Positions 26,727 through 36,092 are shown, numbered from the stretch's first letter. The stretch: DNA of 64,000 nt from Candidatus Gottesmanbacteria bacterium UBA5942 (GCA_002430725.1 DJCU01000035.1:19324-83323); one strand, 5' to 3'. Translations and numbers: made by a program. The notes: generated by a model not told the origin, from the sequence alone.

Positions 26727-28630
26727 TCGAGTGCTTTAGAAAATTCACCAATCGTAGGCTTTGCCAGCTTTTCATAGTCCTTTTCATTCATCCGTATAGA
26801 GTGGGTATGGAGACCTGCGTTAAATGAAACGTGCGCATTTGCTCCAACAGCTGCATCCATATATACAGGGATACCGAACATGTGCCCGAACGGTGGAACT
26901 GCACCAATCGTAACGCCTGTTATGTCCTCAACTTGCGCGGGAGTTGCCATCCGCAAATCACGAACATGATATAGCGCCTTAAATGCTTTCATATCCAGCT
27001 TACGGTCACCGGGGACAACAACCATAACCGGTTTTTCGTCTGCAAAAAGAACAAGCGCCTTTGCTCCTTCGTGAAGTGGTGTATTCCGTACCTTGGCAGC
27101 ATCTTCCGATGTGCGCACTGCTTCGTGTTCATACGGTTCAAATGCTAATTTGAGTGCTTTTATATCTCCAACTATACGCTCATATACTGCTTTCCCTCCG
27201 CCTTGCTTAGGATTTACCAACGTGGCCACAGAAATACCAAGCTCAACGAGCTGCTCGGGTGAAGCGGCACTTGGCGCATCCATAACACTTGTTCCTCCTG
27301 ATGCTGATGTCGGAAATGCCATGACCTCCCGCACACTTGGCTCACCCAAAAGCGCCATCATGAGACGATCGATGCCGGGAGCAATTCCTCCATGCGGCGG
27401 CACACCATAACTAAATGCGGTAAGCATGTGAGAAAATTCCTGCTTTTGTTTCTCGCTAAATCCAATCAAATCAAATACTTTTGCCTGCACTTCTGCTTGA
27501 TGTATCCGGATACTTCCTCCCCCCACCTCAAACCCATTGAGCACCAAATCATGTTGTAAACCACGAACCTTCAGGGGATCGGTGTCCAAAAGTGGTATGT
27601 CGTCAGGGTGGGGTGACGTAAACATATGATGACTGGGGGCAAATTTCGCACCTCCCGACCCATAAAAGAAATCATCGTCTTTCTGCTCATTAAACAATGG
27701 GAAATCAATTGTCCAACTAAATGCAAGCTCATCGGGATCGTTTTTATCTCTCCGAAGATCAGGCTTATCAGTACCGTACTTTTCCATGACCTCCCGATGA
27801 GATAGTCTTGGCCATGGGGTTTGGGTAATATGCTTGGTCGGAAACATAAGCCGGATAAGTGTCGTAAACATTTCCTCGGTAAGGGTAAGGATATCTTCCT
27901 GTGTCACGAAGGACATCTCCATATCAAGCTGAGTAAATTCCCCATACGCACGATCGCGGCGAGGATCCTCATCTCGAAAACACCGCGCTATCTGAAAATA
28001 TCGCTCAAACCCTGCGACCATCAAAAGCTGTTTGTACTGCTGCGGTGATTGCGGAAGCGCGTAAAACTTTCCTGGCTGCAAACGAGAGGGCACTAAAAAG
28101 TCTCTCGCGCCTTCGGGGGTAGTTTTGGTAAGAACTGGAGTTTCTATCTCAACAAAATCACGGTTGGATAAAAAATTTCGGATAAAATTAACTACTTTAC
28201 TCCGCAACCTGATGTTATGCGCCATGCGAGGACGGCGCAAATCAAGATAGCGGTATTTGACTCTGATTTCTTCGTTTACTTCACGCCCATCCGTATCTAT
28301 GGGGAACGGTAACTCGCGCGCCCTTGAAACAACTGTTATCTCCTGTATCTCCACTTCCACCGTTCCGGAAACTATTTTTTCATTCACCATTGCTTCCGGT
28401 CGCTTTTTCACAAGTCCTGTAACGGTAATCACGTCTTCGGGATGTGCATCACCCAATGATTTGCTTCCAACAAGCTGCACAACCCCCGAACGATCCCGTA
28501 AATCGAGAAACATGATCTTGCCGTGATCTCTCCGGGCAAGTACCCAACCCTGTAATATCACTGTTTTTCCTTCCAATGCCGATACCTGTGATGCGAGTGT
28601 TCTCATATATCTATCATTATGACACAACAA
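26723..28630 (-). CDS. aspS: aspartyl-tRNA synthetase (bacterial type, GAD-insertion-less) fused to a C-terminal YbaK/ProX-like aminoacyl-tRNA deacylase domain
   Basis: Class II motif 2 FRDEDPRRDRAYGEFTQLDMEMSF and motif 3 GGGSIRIH...GIDRL. Only about 135 aa separate the two motifs, so the GAD domain is absent. After the AspRS end (..VATLVNPKQ), about 165 aa match YbaK: GAKALVLFADEKPVMVVVPGDRKLDMKAFKAL...GAVPPFG. Start proposed at TTG 28630, 7 nt after AAGGAG, with ATG 28606 as an alternative. The ORF-track N-terminus up to 28684 runs through the T-box. Confidence 0.8.
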   Translation of the reverse strand: MLCHNDRYMRTLASQVSALEGKTVILQGWVLARRDHGKIMFLDLRDRSGVVQLVGSKSLGDAHPEDVITVTGLVKKRPEAMVNEKIVSGTVEVEIQEITVVSRARELPFPIDTDGREVNEEIRVKYRYLDLRRPRMAHNIRLRSKVVNFIRNFLSNRDFVEIETPVLTKTTPEGARDFLVPSRLQPGKFYALPQSPQQYKQLLMVAGFERYFQIARCFRDEDPRRDRAYGEFTQLDMEMSFVTQEDILTLTEEMFTTLIRLMFPTKHITQTPWPRLSHREVMEKYGTDKPDLRRDKNDPDELAFSWTIDFPLFNEQKDDDFFYGSGGAKFAPSHHMFTSPHPDDIPLLDTDPLKVRGLQHDLVLNGFEVGGGSIRIHQAEVQAKVFDLIGFSEKQKQEFSHMLTAFSYGVPPHGGIAPGIDRLMMALLGEPSVREVMAFPTSASGGTSVMDAPSAASPEQLVELGISVATLVNPKQGGGKAVYERIVGDIKALKLAFEPYEHEAVRTSEDAAKVRNTPLHEGAKALVLFADEKPVMVVVPGDRKLDMKAFKALYHVRDLRMATPAQVEDITGVTIGAVPPFGHMFGIPVYMDAAVGANAHVSFNAGLHTHSIRMNEKDYEKLAKPTIGEFSKALE

Positions 28631-28795
28631 ACCCGTTCTCCTTACTATTAAATATAAGGGCGAACGGGTAATTCGCGGTACCACCTTATTTTAGTTCATA
28701 GTGTATATGAACCCTCAAACAGCTGTTACGGGCATACCCGTTTCGGTTGTTACCCCGAAACACTCCGGCTTGTCAGACCATCATCGTGTACTTCA
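28631..28795 (-). promoter_or_regulatory. candidate T-box riboswitch leader of aspS (promoter + T-box + SD-sequestering terminator)
   Basis: Minus strand: -35 TTGTCA (28830..28825), 17-nt spacer, -10 TATAAT (28807..28802). The leader contains GAC in UCUGACAAG. The T-box core AAGGUGGUACCGCG sits at 28687..28674. It is followed by hairpin ACCCGUUC-N23-GAACGGGU plus UUUGUUGU, which overlaps the SD AAGGAGAA. Confidence 0.5.
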
Positions 28796-28965
28796 TCTCT
28801 TATTATATTTGCCGGTTTACCGGTTGACAAGAGATAAGTTGCCTCTTTATAATAATTGACTGTGACTATGAAATCTTGGCAGCAATCACACTTTATGACT
28901 CTTATTAACCTTCGAAAGGTCGAGGGGGTCGTGTGATGGCAACTTAAAAAAACTTTTTAGAACCA

Positions 28966-28999
28966 AACACACGAACCCTCCACAAGGAGGGTTTTATTT
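28966..28999. terminator. intrinsic terminator hairpin GAACCCUCC-acaa-GGAGGGUU with T/U tract
   Basis: Read directly. Lies 8 nt downstream of ORF 29007..29306 (minus) and has the stronger U-tract on the plus strand. Confidence 0.5.
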
Positions 29000-29006
29000 T
29001 GGCTTA

Positions 29007-29306
29007 TTAACTATACATGAACGAAACAGACAAACAATCAGTTGTAGAAATAGTACCCGGAAAACGACCTCCGGTGGCATGGATGATCGCATCCGTTACC
29101 AACGAGGCGCAGTCGGTCACGGTAATATTTCCTATGCTGCCCGATGCAGTAAATACTGTCCCTGCAGGAACTGCGGGTATACAACAACAAGGGTAAACGT
29201 TACGTAAAAGCTCTTTAACAATTCCATACAGCGTGTTCTTGGCTAATGATAAAGACAGAAAATAATCCTGTCCTTTTCTGTCTTTTTCCTTATCCGAAAA
29301 CATCAC
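29007..29306 (-). CDS. hypothetical Cys-containing protein
   Basis: 99-aa ORF. No family recognised and the SD is weak. Confidence 0.3.
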   Translation of the reverse strand: MMFSDKEKDRKGQDYFLSLSLAKNTLYGIVKELLRNVYPCCCIPAVPAGTVFTASGSIGNITVTDCASLVTDAIIHATGGRFPGTISTTDCLSVSFMYS

Positions 29307-29336
29307 CGAAAATTATTTCGAAAGAGGAGTTTGCGT

Positions 29337-29399
29337 ATGAAGTCTGCAGTGAAAAAATTTAACAATGCACTATCTTGGTCGAACAATTCATTTAGTTAG
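29337..29399 (+). CDS. 20-aa upstream peptide MKSAVKKFNNALSWSNNSFS (candidate leader/small peptide)
   Basis: Strong SD AGAGGAG 8 nt upstream. Its stop TAG overlaps the SD (TAGAGGAG) of the next ORF, so translational coupling is likely. Confidence 0.35.
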   Translation: MKSAVKKFNNALSWSNNSFS

Positions 29400-29410
29400 A
29401 GGAGTCAGTC

Positions 29411-29677
29411 ATGAGTAAGAAACGAAGAGGTTCAGTTCCAGTCACCGTAAGACAACCACTAATACCGCAGGTTATCAGCTTATTTACACTCAGACCACAA
29501 ACGTCTGGCACATGCAAATGCAGGAGCAAAAAATACCACAGGGGTGGTAAGTGTCCTGCCCAGACTCCAGGTCGCGACGATGAATGTACGTGGTGCGCAA
29601 AAGGGCATCCTGACCACGGTCATCACGATGAACACCGTCACAAACCGAGACGCCAACAACGGACACAACCGCATTAG
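29411..29677 (+). CDS. small basic Cys/His-rich protein (88 aa), putative metal-binding
   Basis: SD AGAGGAG 7 nt upstream. Sequence CKCRSKKYHRGGKCPAQ...ECTWCAKGHPDHGHHDEHRH. GC-richer than the surrounding genome. A strong terminator follows. Confidence 0.4.
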   Translation: MSKKRRGSVPVTVRQPLIPQVISLFTLRPQTSGTCKCRSKKYHRGGKCPAQTPGRDDECTWCAKGHPDHGHHDEHRHKPRRQQRTQPH

Positions 29678-29694
29678 GCGTGGGGGCAAACTTC

Positions 29695-29738
29695 TCTATG
29701 GAGACCTCATTATGGAGAGGTCTCCATAGTATTATTTT
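29695..29738 (+). terminator. intrinsic terminator
   Basis: 13-bp stem CUAUGGAGACCUC/GAGGUCUCCAUAG with loop AUUAUGGA, followed by UAUUAUUUUUGG. Confidence 0.75.
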
Positions 29739-29913
29739 TGGGTCAGAGCTATATGTTAATAATTTTGAGCAATTTACTGCTCCTTATTTATTTTCATTTG
29801 GTCTCATACCCAATTTCCGACATTTTGTCCTTATACACGCTTTTTCTGAAGCAGTGAACGCACATTAATTTTCACTGTTTCAATCCAAGCGTGTATGAGG
29901 AACATATATACCT

Positions 29914-29964
29914 AAAACCCCGTATCAGGGTAGCACAAGCGCTATCTTTTGATGCGGGGTTTTT
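29914..29964. terminator. bidirectional terminator downstream of recJ
   Basis: AAAA-CCCCGUAUCAG...UUGAUGCGGGG-UUUUU, with an A-run on one side and a T-run on the other. Confidence 0.6.
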
Positions 29965-29981
29965 AATTGAAAAAATCGTAC

Positions 29982-31688
29982 TTAACGAGGAATGACTATG
30001 TCTTTTATCTTTAACTGCAAATTACGTCTCCCATTCCATTCATTCATATCGATCGAATACGCAATATGAACTGGCACGTTCGTTTCTAAACTGCCATAGA
30101 GATCAGCCATGTTAAAAGCAACAGCATCGACCACTCGCCCCGAGCCCGCGTGCACTTTACACTTTATATGTTTCCGGGTCGCACCGATGAGACGAACATC
30201 GGTAATGGTTACATCCATCGAAGCAAAAAGCGGTTCGTAGTTTCCAAACCCGAAAGGCTCTAACATCTGTATTTTTTGCCAGAGAGATTCTGTCGCCATA
30301 CTAAATGGTATTTCCGCATCAATATGAAGTACCCGCTTCAACATTTCTTCATCAATCTGCTTTTCTGCAAGCGCTTCTAATCTACTAGTGAGTACCGGAA
30401 TATTTTTCGCAGTCACCGTAAATCCAGCCGCCATCGGATGACCACCAACATCTACTAATACATCACTACAACTCCTGATAGCTTCAACAATATTAAATCC
30501 CGGAATACTGCGAGCAGATGCTTTGGCAAAACCATCCGCTATAGCAAGCACTATTGATGGTCTCCAATACTCTTCTACTAACCTCCCGGCGACTAATCCA
30601 ATAACCCCGGGATTATATGTTTCGTGTGATATAACAATTATTTTTTTGAGCGTCTTTGGCACTAATTCTTTTGCGTGCGTCACCGTATCTATGGTGAGCT
30701 GTTGTCGTTCTTTATTGGTAGTTCCCAGTTTTTGCGCGAGCAATCCCGCCTTGACCCCATCTTTTGTACAAAGAAGTCGCAACGCATCCAGTGCATGCTC
30801 CAGTCTCCCCATCGCGTTGAGACGCGGCGCAAGCATGTGGCTCACCGTATACGTATCTATCGCACTTTTCTCGATCCCCGCTTCAGCGATCAGTGCGTTA
30901 AATCCTATACGATTTGTCTTTCGTAATACTCCAAGCCCAAATTTGACGATAGAACGATTAATGCCGGCCAAAGGCAATAAATCCGCAATCGTCCCTACCG
31001 CTGCTAGCGCGGTAAGCTCTCGCTCGTGCTGACTGGCATCACCACCACTTGTGGCAAGTAATGCTTTCGAGACAAACCACGAAACTCCCGAACCAGAAAG
31101 GAGGGTCGTATGCACAATCTGACAATCTGGCAATTTCTCTGGCTTCACATGGTGGTCAGTAATAATCACTTCTATCCCGAGTTTTTTTGCATATTCCACT
31201 TGTTCCTTCGCGGTTATCCCATGATCCACCGTAATAATAAGCGTGGGGTCATACTGGCTGCGTACGGCATCTATTCCTTTTTCTGATAGTCCATATCCTT
31301 CGTCCACTCGATGCGGAATATAAGGCATCACCCGAGCACCCAGGTGCCATAGTGTTTCCCACATGATTGCTCCCGCAGTAATACCGTCCGCATCGTAATC
31401 GGCATACACCACGACCGATTCCTTGTTCTTTATCGCTTTCTGAATGCGAATAATCGCTTTTGCCAACGCTTTAGGATCAATACCAACGTCTTTTGCCCGT
31501 AACGAGCCGGGCTCAGGAGGCGTGAGAAACGTTTCGCGCTCCGCGGAGGTGTTAATGCCCCTATCCCGGAGGATATCTTCGATGATCAGCTCTGCAGTAA
31601 GCTTTGAGCCGTCAGTTACAAACTGTTTGCTAATCTGCCACTTCTTAGCCATTGGGGGTATAATATCAGTATGATCAGCCTTCCTCAA
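29982..31688 (-). CDS. recJ: single-stranded-DNA-specific exonuclease RecJ
   Basis: DHH motifs VVYADYDADGITAG and DHH...GGHPMAAG, plus a C-terminal OB-fold region. 568 aa. Confidence 0.9.
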   Translation of the reverse strand: MRKADHTDIIPPMAKKWQISKQFVTDGSKLTAELIIEDILRDRGINTSAERETFLTPPEPGSLRAKDVGIDPKALAKAIIRIQKAIKNKESVVVYADYDADGITAGAIMWETLWHLGARVMPYIPHRVDEGYGLSEKGIDAVRSQYDPTLIITVDHGITAKEQVEYAKKLGIEVIITDHHVKPEKLPDCQIVHTTLLSGSGVSWFVSKALLATSGGDASQHERELTALAAVGTIADLLPLAGINRSIVKFGLGVLRKTNRIGFNALIAEAGIEKSAIDTYTVSHMLAPRLNAMGRLEHALDALRLLCTKDGVKAGLLAQKLGTTNKERQQLTIDTVTHAKELVPKTLKKIIVISHETYNPGVIGLVAGRLVEEYWRPSIVLAIADGFAKASARSIPGFNIVEAIRSCSDVLVDVGGHPMAAGFTVTAKNIPVLTSRLEALAEKQIDEEMLKRVLHIDAEIPFSMATESLWQKIQMLEPFGFGNYEPLFASMDVTITDVRLIGATRKHIKCKVHAGSGRVVDAVAFNMADLYGSLETNVPVHIAYSIDMNEWNGRRNLQLKIKDIVIPR

Positions 31689-33053
31689 TCAGCGGCATCA
31701 GTTATTAACACCTTGCATGACGCAGGTTTCGAAGCGTACGCAGTTGGTGGATCTATACGTGATTTACTTCTTGGAATGGAAACCAAAGGGTGGGATTTCA
31801 CCACAAACGCAACACCAGAAGAAATCCTTGCGTTATTTCCAGACAGCTTTTATGACAATCTCTTTGGAACCGTTGGTATAAAAATCAGAAAATCATTCGA
31901 CACCGCTCAGGACGAACAAAAAGCCGAAATAGAAGATATATATGAAATTACTACCTATAGAAGTGAGGAGGGATACGAAGATCATCGTCATCCGGATAAA
32001 ATCTCTTGGGGTAAAACACTCCAAGAAGATCTCGCTAGGCGCGATTTTACGATAAACGCCATCGCCTTTGACGGAAAAGAATTGATTGATCCCTATGACG
32101 GACAAAAAGACCTCCACAATAAATGTATCCGCACTGTGGGGGCGGCGACAGAACGATTTGCCGAAGATGCACTCCGCATGCTTCGAGCAGTCCGCTTTGC
32201 TGCCCGATTAGGTTTTTCTATAGAAGACGATACCGCAAAAGCAATCACCCTGCATGCAAAGTCTCTTACAAAAATTTCAGCAGAACGAATACGGGATGAG
32301 TTTTTTAAAATCCTAACAGCAACCCATGCTGCAGATGCAGTGTTAGTTCTTAAAAATCTCGGGCTTCTTTTCTATATTCTGCCTGAACTGGAAACTTCAT
32401 TTGCTACACCACAAAAAAGTCCCAAACGACATCATATCTATGATGTGGGCACTCACTCTGTTATGGCCCTTAAGCACTGTCCGTCAGCCGATCCTGTCGT
32501 ACGTCTCGCCACCCTTATCCATGATTTAGGAAAACCAAAAACATTCCGCCAAGATAGCACCGGACTTATCACTTTTTACAATCACGAAGTTGCAGGCGCT
32601 CACATAGCCAAAGATGTCGGGAAAAGACTACGACTTTCCAAAAAACAATCAGACCTCCTCTATACACTGGTGCGATGGCATCAATTCAGTGTCGATGAAC
32701 GGCAAACAGACAGTGCGTTACGGCGTTTTATAAGAAGAGTTGGTAAAGAAAATCTTTCCCATATCCTCGCGCTCCGCATAGGAGACAGACTTGGTGGTGG
32801 TGCGACAGAAACATCATGGCGACTTGAGCTATATAAAAAACGACTAGAAGAAGTGCAGCTACAACCGTTTACTGTTTCAGACCTCCATGTAAACGGGCAT
32901 GATGTGATGGCACTTTATGGAGTTCCTCCCGGACGAATTATCGGAGAAGTATTGGATGCATTGTTTGCCGAAGTAGAAGCTGGCTCATTACCAAATGATC
33001 GGGATGCACTTCTCAAACGGATGGAAGAACTCAAAAAAACCACTCTTCACTAA
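31671..33053 (+). CDS. cca: CCA-adding tRNA nucleotidyltransferase with HD domain
   Basis: PolyA_pol head GGSIRDLLLG...DFTTNA, and an HD domain HHIYDVGTHS...IHDLGK. Confidence 0.85.
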   Translation: MISLPQSAASVINTLHDAGFEAYAVGGSIRDLLLGMETKGWDFTTNATPEEILALFPDSFYDNLFGTVGIKIRKSFDTAQDEQKAEIEDIYEITTYRSEEGYEDHRHPDKISWGKTLQEDLARRDFTINAIAFDGKELIDPYDGQKDLHNKCIRTVGAATERFAEDALRMLRAVRFAARLGFSIEDDTAKAITLHAKSLTKISAERIRDEFFKILTATHAADAVLVLKNLGLLFYILPELETSFATPQKSPKRHHIYDVGTHSVMALKHCPSADPVVRLATLIHDLGKPKTFRQDSTGLITFYNHEVAGAHIAKDVGKRLRLSKKQSDLLYTLVRWHQFSVDERQTDSALRRFIRRVGKENLSHILALRIGDRLGGGATETSWRLELYKKRLEEVQLQPFTVSDLHVNGHDVMALYGVPPGRIIGEVLDALFAEVEAGSLPNDRDALLKRMEELKKTTLH

Positions 33054-33067
33054 CAAACGAAGAACTA

Positions 33068-33952
33068 TTAGCGATGCGCTAACCTTTTCGCTTCCAGCTT
33101 GTGCCACAGCAACAGCACAGGAGTTGCCACAAATGGTGATGAGTATGTTCCTGATACCGTACCGATAAGCAACGCCACAACAAACCACTTCGTGGTATCT
33201 CCACCCATGAGCACGAGTGCCACTAACATAAAAATAATCGTAAACGAGTTAGTAAGCGATCGGTTCATAGTCTCGGTAACGGCAATATCGGAAATTTCCT
33301 CAAATGAGCGCGATCGGTCACGTTTTGTATACTCACGAATACGATCAAATACCACGATCGTATCGTGCACTGAAAAACTCATAGTGGTAAGAAATGCGGT
33401 CACAAATAATGTGTCTACCTCGACACCAAAGAAATGCCCAAACAGTGAAAAGCTTCCCAACACTACTAAAAGATCATGAAGTAGTGCCACCACAGCAGCG
33501 ACTCCAAATCGAATATTCTTAAACGCGTATGCTACGTATCCCAAGATGGCTGATGCTGCCAAGATAGCCGCGACCATTGTTTTCGACAATAATTCTTTTC
33601 CAAGTGTCGGCCCTACGGTTTCGTTACGAACTGCAAGCGCGCTTACCGATGCCAGCCGCTCAATCCCTTCGGTCATCAATGCAATTTTCTGATTTGTCTC
33701 TGGCTTCATGCGGATAAGATACGCATTCCCACCTGATTGTTGAACGCTCACGAGACTTACCTCTGCATCAGTAGCGGCCTGACGCATCACATCCTCCGGG
33801 ACTTGCGCACTGGTCCGATATTCCACAAGTGTTCCTCCAGAAAAATCTATAGATGGTCGAAATCCATAGCGCACAAGGGAAAATATCCCCGGCACCAACA
33901 CAAGCGCAGAAATAATCGCATACAGCCAAATATATTTACTAAATCTAATCAT
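33068..33952 (-). CDS. secF: protein translocase subunit SecF
   Basis: 6 TM segments with SecD/SecF family pattern, adjacent to secD. Confidence 0.85.
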   Translation of the reverse strand: MIRFSKYIWLYAIISALVLVPGIFSLVRYGFRPSIDFSGGTLVEYRTSAQVPEDVMRQAATDAEVSLVSVQQSGGNAYLIRMKPETNQKIALMTEGIERLASVSALAVRNETVGPTLGKELLSKTMVAAILAASAILGYVAYAFKNIRFGVAAVVALLHDLLVVLGSFSLFGHFFGVEVDTLFVTAFLTTMSFSVHDTIVVFDRIREYTKRDRSRSFEEISDIAVTETMNRSLTNSFTIIFMLVALVLMGGDTTKWFVVALLIGTVSGTYSSPFVATPVLLLWHKLEAKRLAHR

Positions 33953-34017
33953 ACGTTTTTTTCTCCTTGTAAAAATCTTACGATTTTTGATCCTCCTGTA
34001 CGCGCTTCGTGCGGATT

Positions 34018-35376
34018 CTATTCGCTTCGCTTTTCGGAATAAAATACGCGAATAAATGTCCGGGTCACGACAATTCCAGTAAACAAACTGACAAACACTC
34101 CGATAAGCAATGTTGCGGCAAACCCCCGCACAAGCCCGCTTGATGGCAGGATTGACCAGTTACCGGGATTAAACAGAATAAGGCTCGTGATAATGGTGGT
34201 AAAATTTGCATCCCGTATACTATCCCATGCTTTCCCGAACGCGTGCTCTATTGCTATCTTCCATGGCTTACCGCCTCTTAACTCCTCTTTGTATCGCTCA
34301 AATATAAGTATGTTACTATCGACCGCCATACCGATGGAAAGTAAAAATCCAGCAATTCCTGGTAAGGTTAGCGTCACGCCAAAAAGCCTAAATAATCCAA
34401 ATGCAAGCAATCCATATATGATAAGCGCAGCGTCAGCAATAAGCCCCAACCTACCATACTGTGCGATCATAAATATCGCAACAAATCCTAAACCAATTAC
34501 TCCCGCTCGAATACTTTTTGTAACCGACTCAGCTCCCAATGTCGCTTCCACTGTTCGTTGCTCCACTGGCTTTACTGACACCGGAAGCGCTCCAGCGTTG
34601 AGTTGTAGCGCCAACGTTTTTGCACCTTCTTGAGTAAAGCTACCAGTAATTACCGCATTTCCTTCAGAGATAACTCCCTGGACGACTGGCGCGGTAAGCG
34701 GGATGTCATCAAGAAATATAGCGAGAGGCTTACCAGTAAGACGTCTTGTCGCCTCTGCAAATTTTTTTCCTCCCTCGCTGTTAAACTCCAAAGCGATTTC
34801 AGGTTCGCCTGTGTTGGGGCTAAACTGCATGCTTGCACGAGCCAAATCTTTTCCGGTAAGACCCACTGACGTTGTAGTCTCAAGCGTGGGGATAATAAAT
34901 GCTCCAGGGCTTGCTTCACTCTCATCAATAAATTCTCGGAAATCAAGGAGAGCGGTCTGCCCAATAAGCGAAATCGCCTGATCCACATCACTCACCCCTG
35001 GTAATTCCACGATAATTCGATATGAATTTTCCGAGACAGCTGTCTGCACGACCGGCTCTGCCACACCAAAAAAGTTTACCCTGCGATCTATCACTTCTTT
35101 CGCTGATTCCAGCGCGGTCGCTCGATCGCTTTGACGGATATCTTTCATATCCGCTTCCAACACCACATGACTTCCTCCAGCCAGATCAAGCCCCAAGGAT
35201 GTCGTAAATTTCTTTTCAAAACCGAATAGCCGGATAGTTGGCGGATTAATCACCCTATCAACGGTAAAACCTAATGCAGAAAACTTTAGGCGATAATTTT
35301 CCGGCAAATCAATCACGACAAGAAGCATCGTGAGGATGAATAACAAAAAAAATACCCTCCGTGGGTTTTTAAACAT
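34018..35376 (-). CDS. secD: protein translocase subunit SecD
   Basis: N-terminal TM segment, periplasmic domain, C-terminal 5-TM bundle with GIDLAGG-like motifs. Confidence 0.85.
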   Translation of the reverse strand: MFKNPRRVFFLLFILTMLLVVIDLPENYRLKFSALGFTVDRVINPPTIRLFGFEKKFTTSLGLDLAGGSHVVLEADMKDIRQSDRATALESAKEVIDRRVNFFGVAEPVVQTAVSENSYRIIVELPGVSDVDQAISLIGQTALLDFREFIDESEASPGAFIIPTLETTTSVGLTGKDLARASMQFSPNTGEPEIALEFNSEGGKKFAEATRRLTGKPLAIFLDDIPLTAPVVQGVISEGNAVITGSFTQEGAKTLALQLNAGALPVSVKPVEQRTVEATLGAESVTKSIRAGVIGLGFVAIFMIAQYGRLGLIADAALIIYGLLAFGLFRLFGVTLTLPGIAGFLLSIGMAVDSNILIFERYKEELRGGKPWKIAIEHAFGKAWDSIRDANFTTIITSLILFNPGNWSILPSSGLVRGFAATLLIGVFVSLFTGIVVTRTFIRVFYSEKRSE

Positions 35377-35470
35377 ATTAAGTATCTTACCTTACCGGTT
35401 AATCAGTCGGAATCTATGTATTGTATTTATTTGCAGGATACAAGGTCAAGTCCGGGTTAACACAAAAGAA

Positions 35471-36052
35471 TTAACTTACTAATTCTTCTTCATCACCAAC
35501 GAGCATGACTCGTGAACCCGCTAATATTTCTAATACAAATGGATCACGTCTGCGTTTCCTAAATGAAAACTCCTCCTCTGTCATCACTGTATAGTTGAGC
35601 TCACGTTCTCTTCGAACTTCTTCTCCTTTGACCATATTAGACAATTCGGGCAACACCACAGACCCTACGATCAAAAGATCAACATCGCTACTACTTTTAT
35701 GTGGTAACCCACGCAAATACCTTCCTGACAGCATTGCGTATTTGATTTTCCCAAGTTTCACTTTATTTTTTACGATATCCCACCCTAAGCCTGTTGTTTT
35801 TCCCACAAGCTCCATCAGTTCAAAATACAACGGATACTCTTTGCGGAACCGATAAAACAATCTGTTTGCGCGCTGCTCTTTGGCAAGCATTCCACCCTTT
35901 TCAAGGTGTGCAAGCTCCCGCCGCACCGCATTTATCTCCTCGCCCACCTGCCGCACTATTTCACGAACATGATAAATAGTCGAAGGGTTATTCAAAAATA
36001 ATGAAAGCATCTTCACTCTGACTCGAGAGATAATCAGATCTTCAAGAAGCAT
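35471..36052 (-). CDS. winged-HTH + minimal nucleotidyltransferase (MNT) domain protein
   Basis: N-terminal wHTH (HVREIVRQVGEEINAVRRELAHLEKGGML). A C-terminal GS...SDVDLLIVG nucleotidyltransferase motif. Confidence 0.55.
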   Translation of the reverse strand: MLLEDLIISRVRVKMLSLFLNNPSTIYHVREIVRQVGEEINAVRRELAHLEKGGMLAKEQRANRLFYRFRKEYPLYFELMELVGKTTGLGWDIVKNKVKLGKIKYAMLSGRYLRGLPHKSSSDVDLLIVGSVVLPELSNMVKGEEVRRERELNYTVMTEEEFSFRKRRRDPFVLEILAGSRVMLVGDEEELVS

Positions 36053-36092
36053 ATATCCTCCTTCTCCGCCGGATGGCGGCCTGGGCAGAGGT

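Noticed and set aside
26723-28684. ORF-track N-terminal 18-27 aa extension of aspS (MVPRITRSPLYLIVRRTGLLCHNDRY)
   Set aside because: This stretch overlies the T-box core, its terminator hairpin and the SD. AspRS homology starts at MRTLASQ, so it is treated as leader RNA, not protein.
29400-29700. tmRNA, SRP RNA or 6S RNA in the GC-richer segment
   Set aside because: No tRNA-like 3' end (…UCCACCA), no SRP domain IV motif and no obvious 6S bubble were found by eye. Two well-formed SD-ORFs explain the region better.
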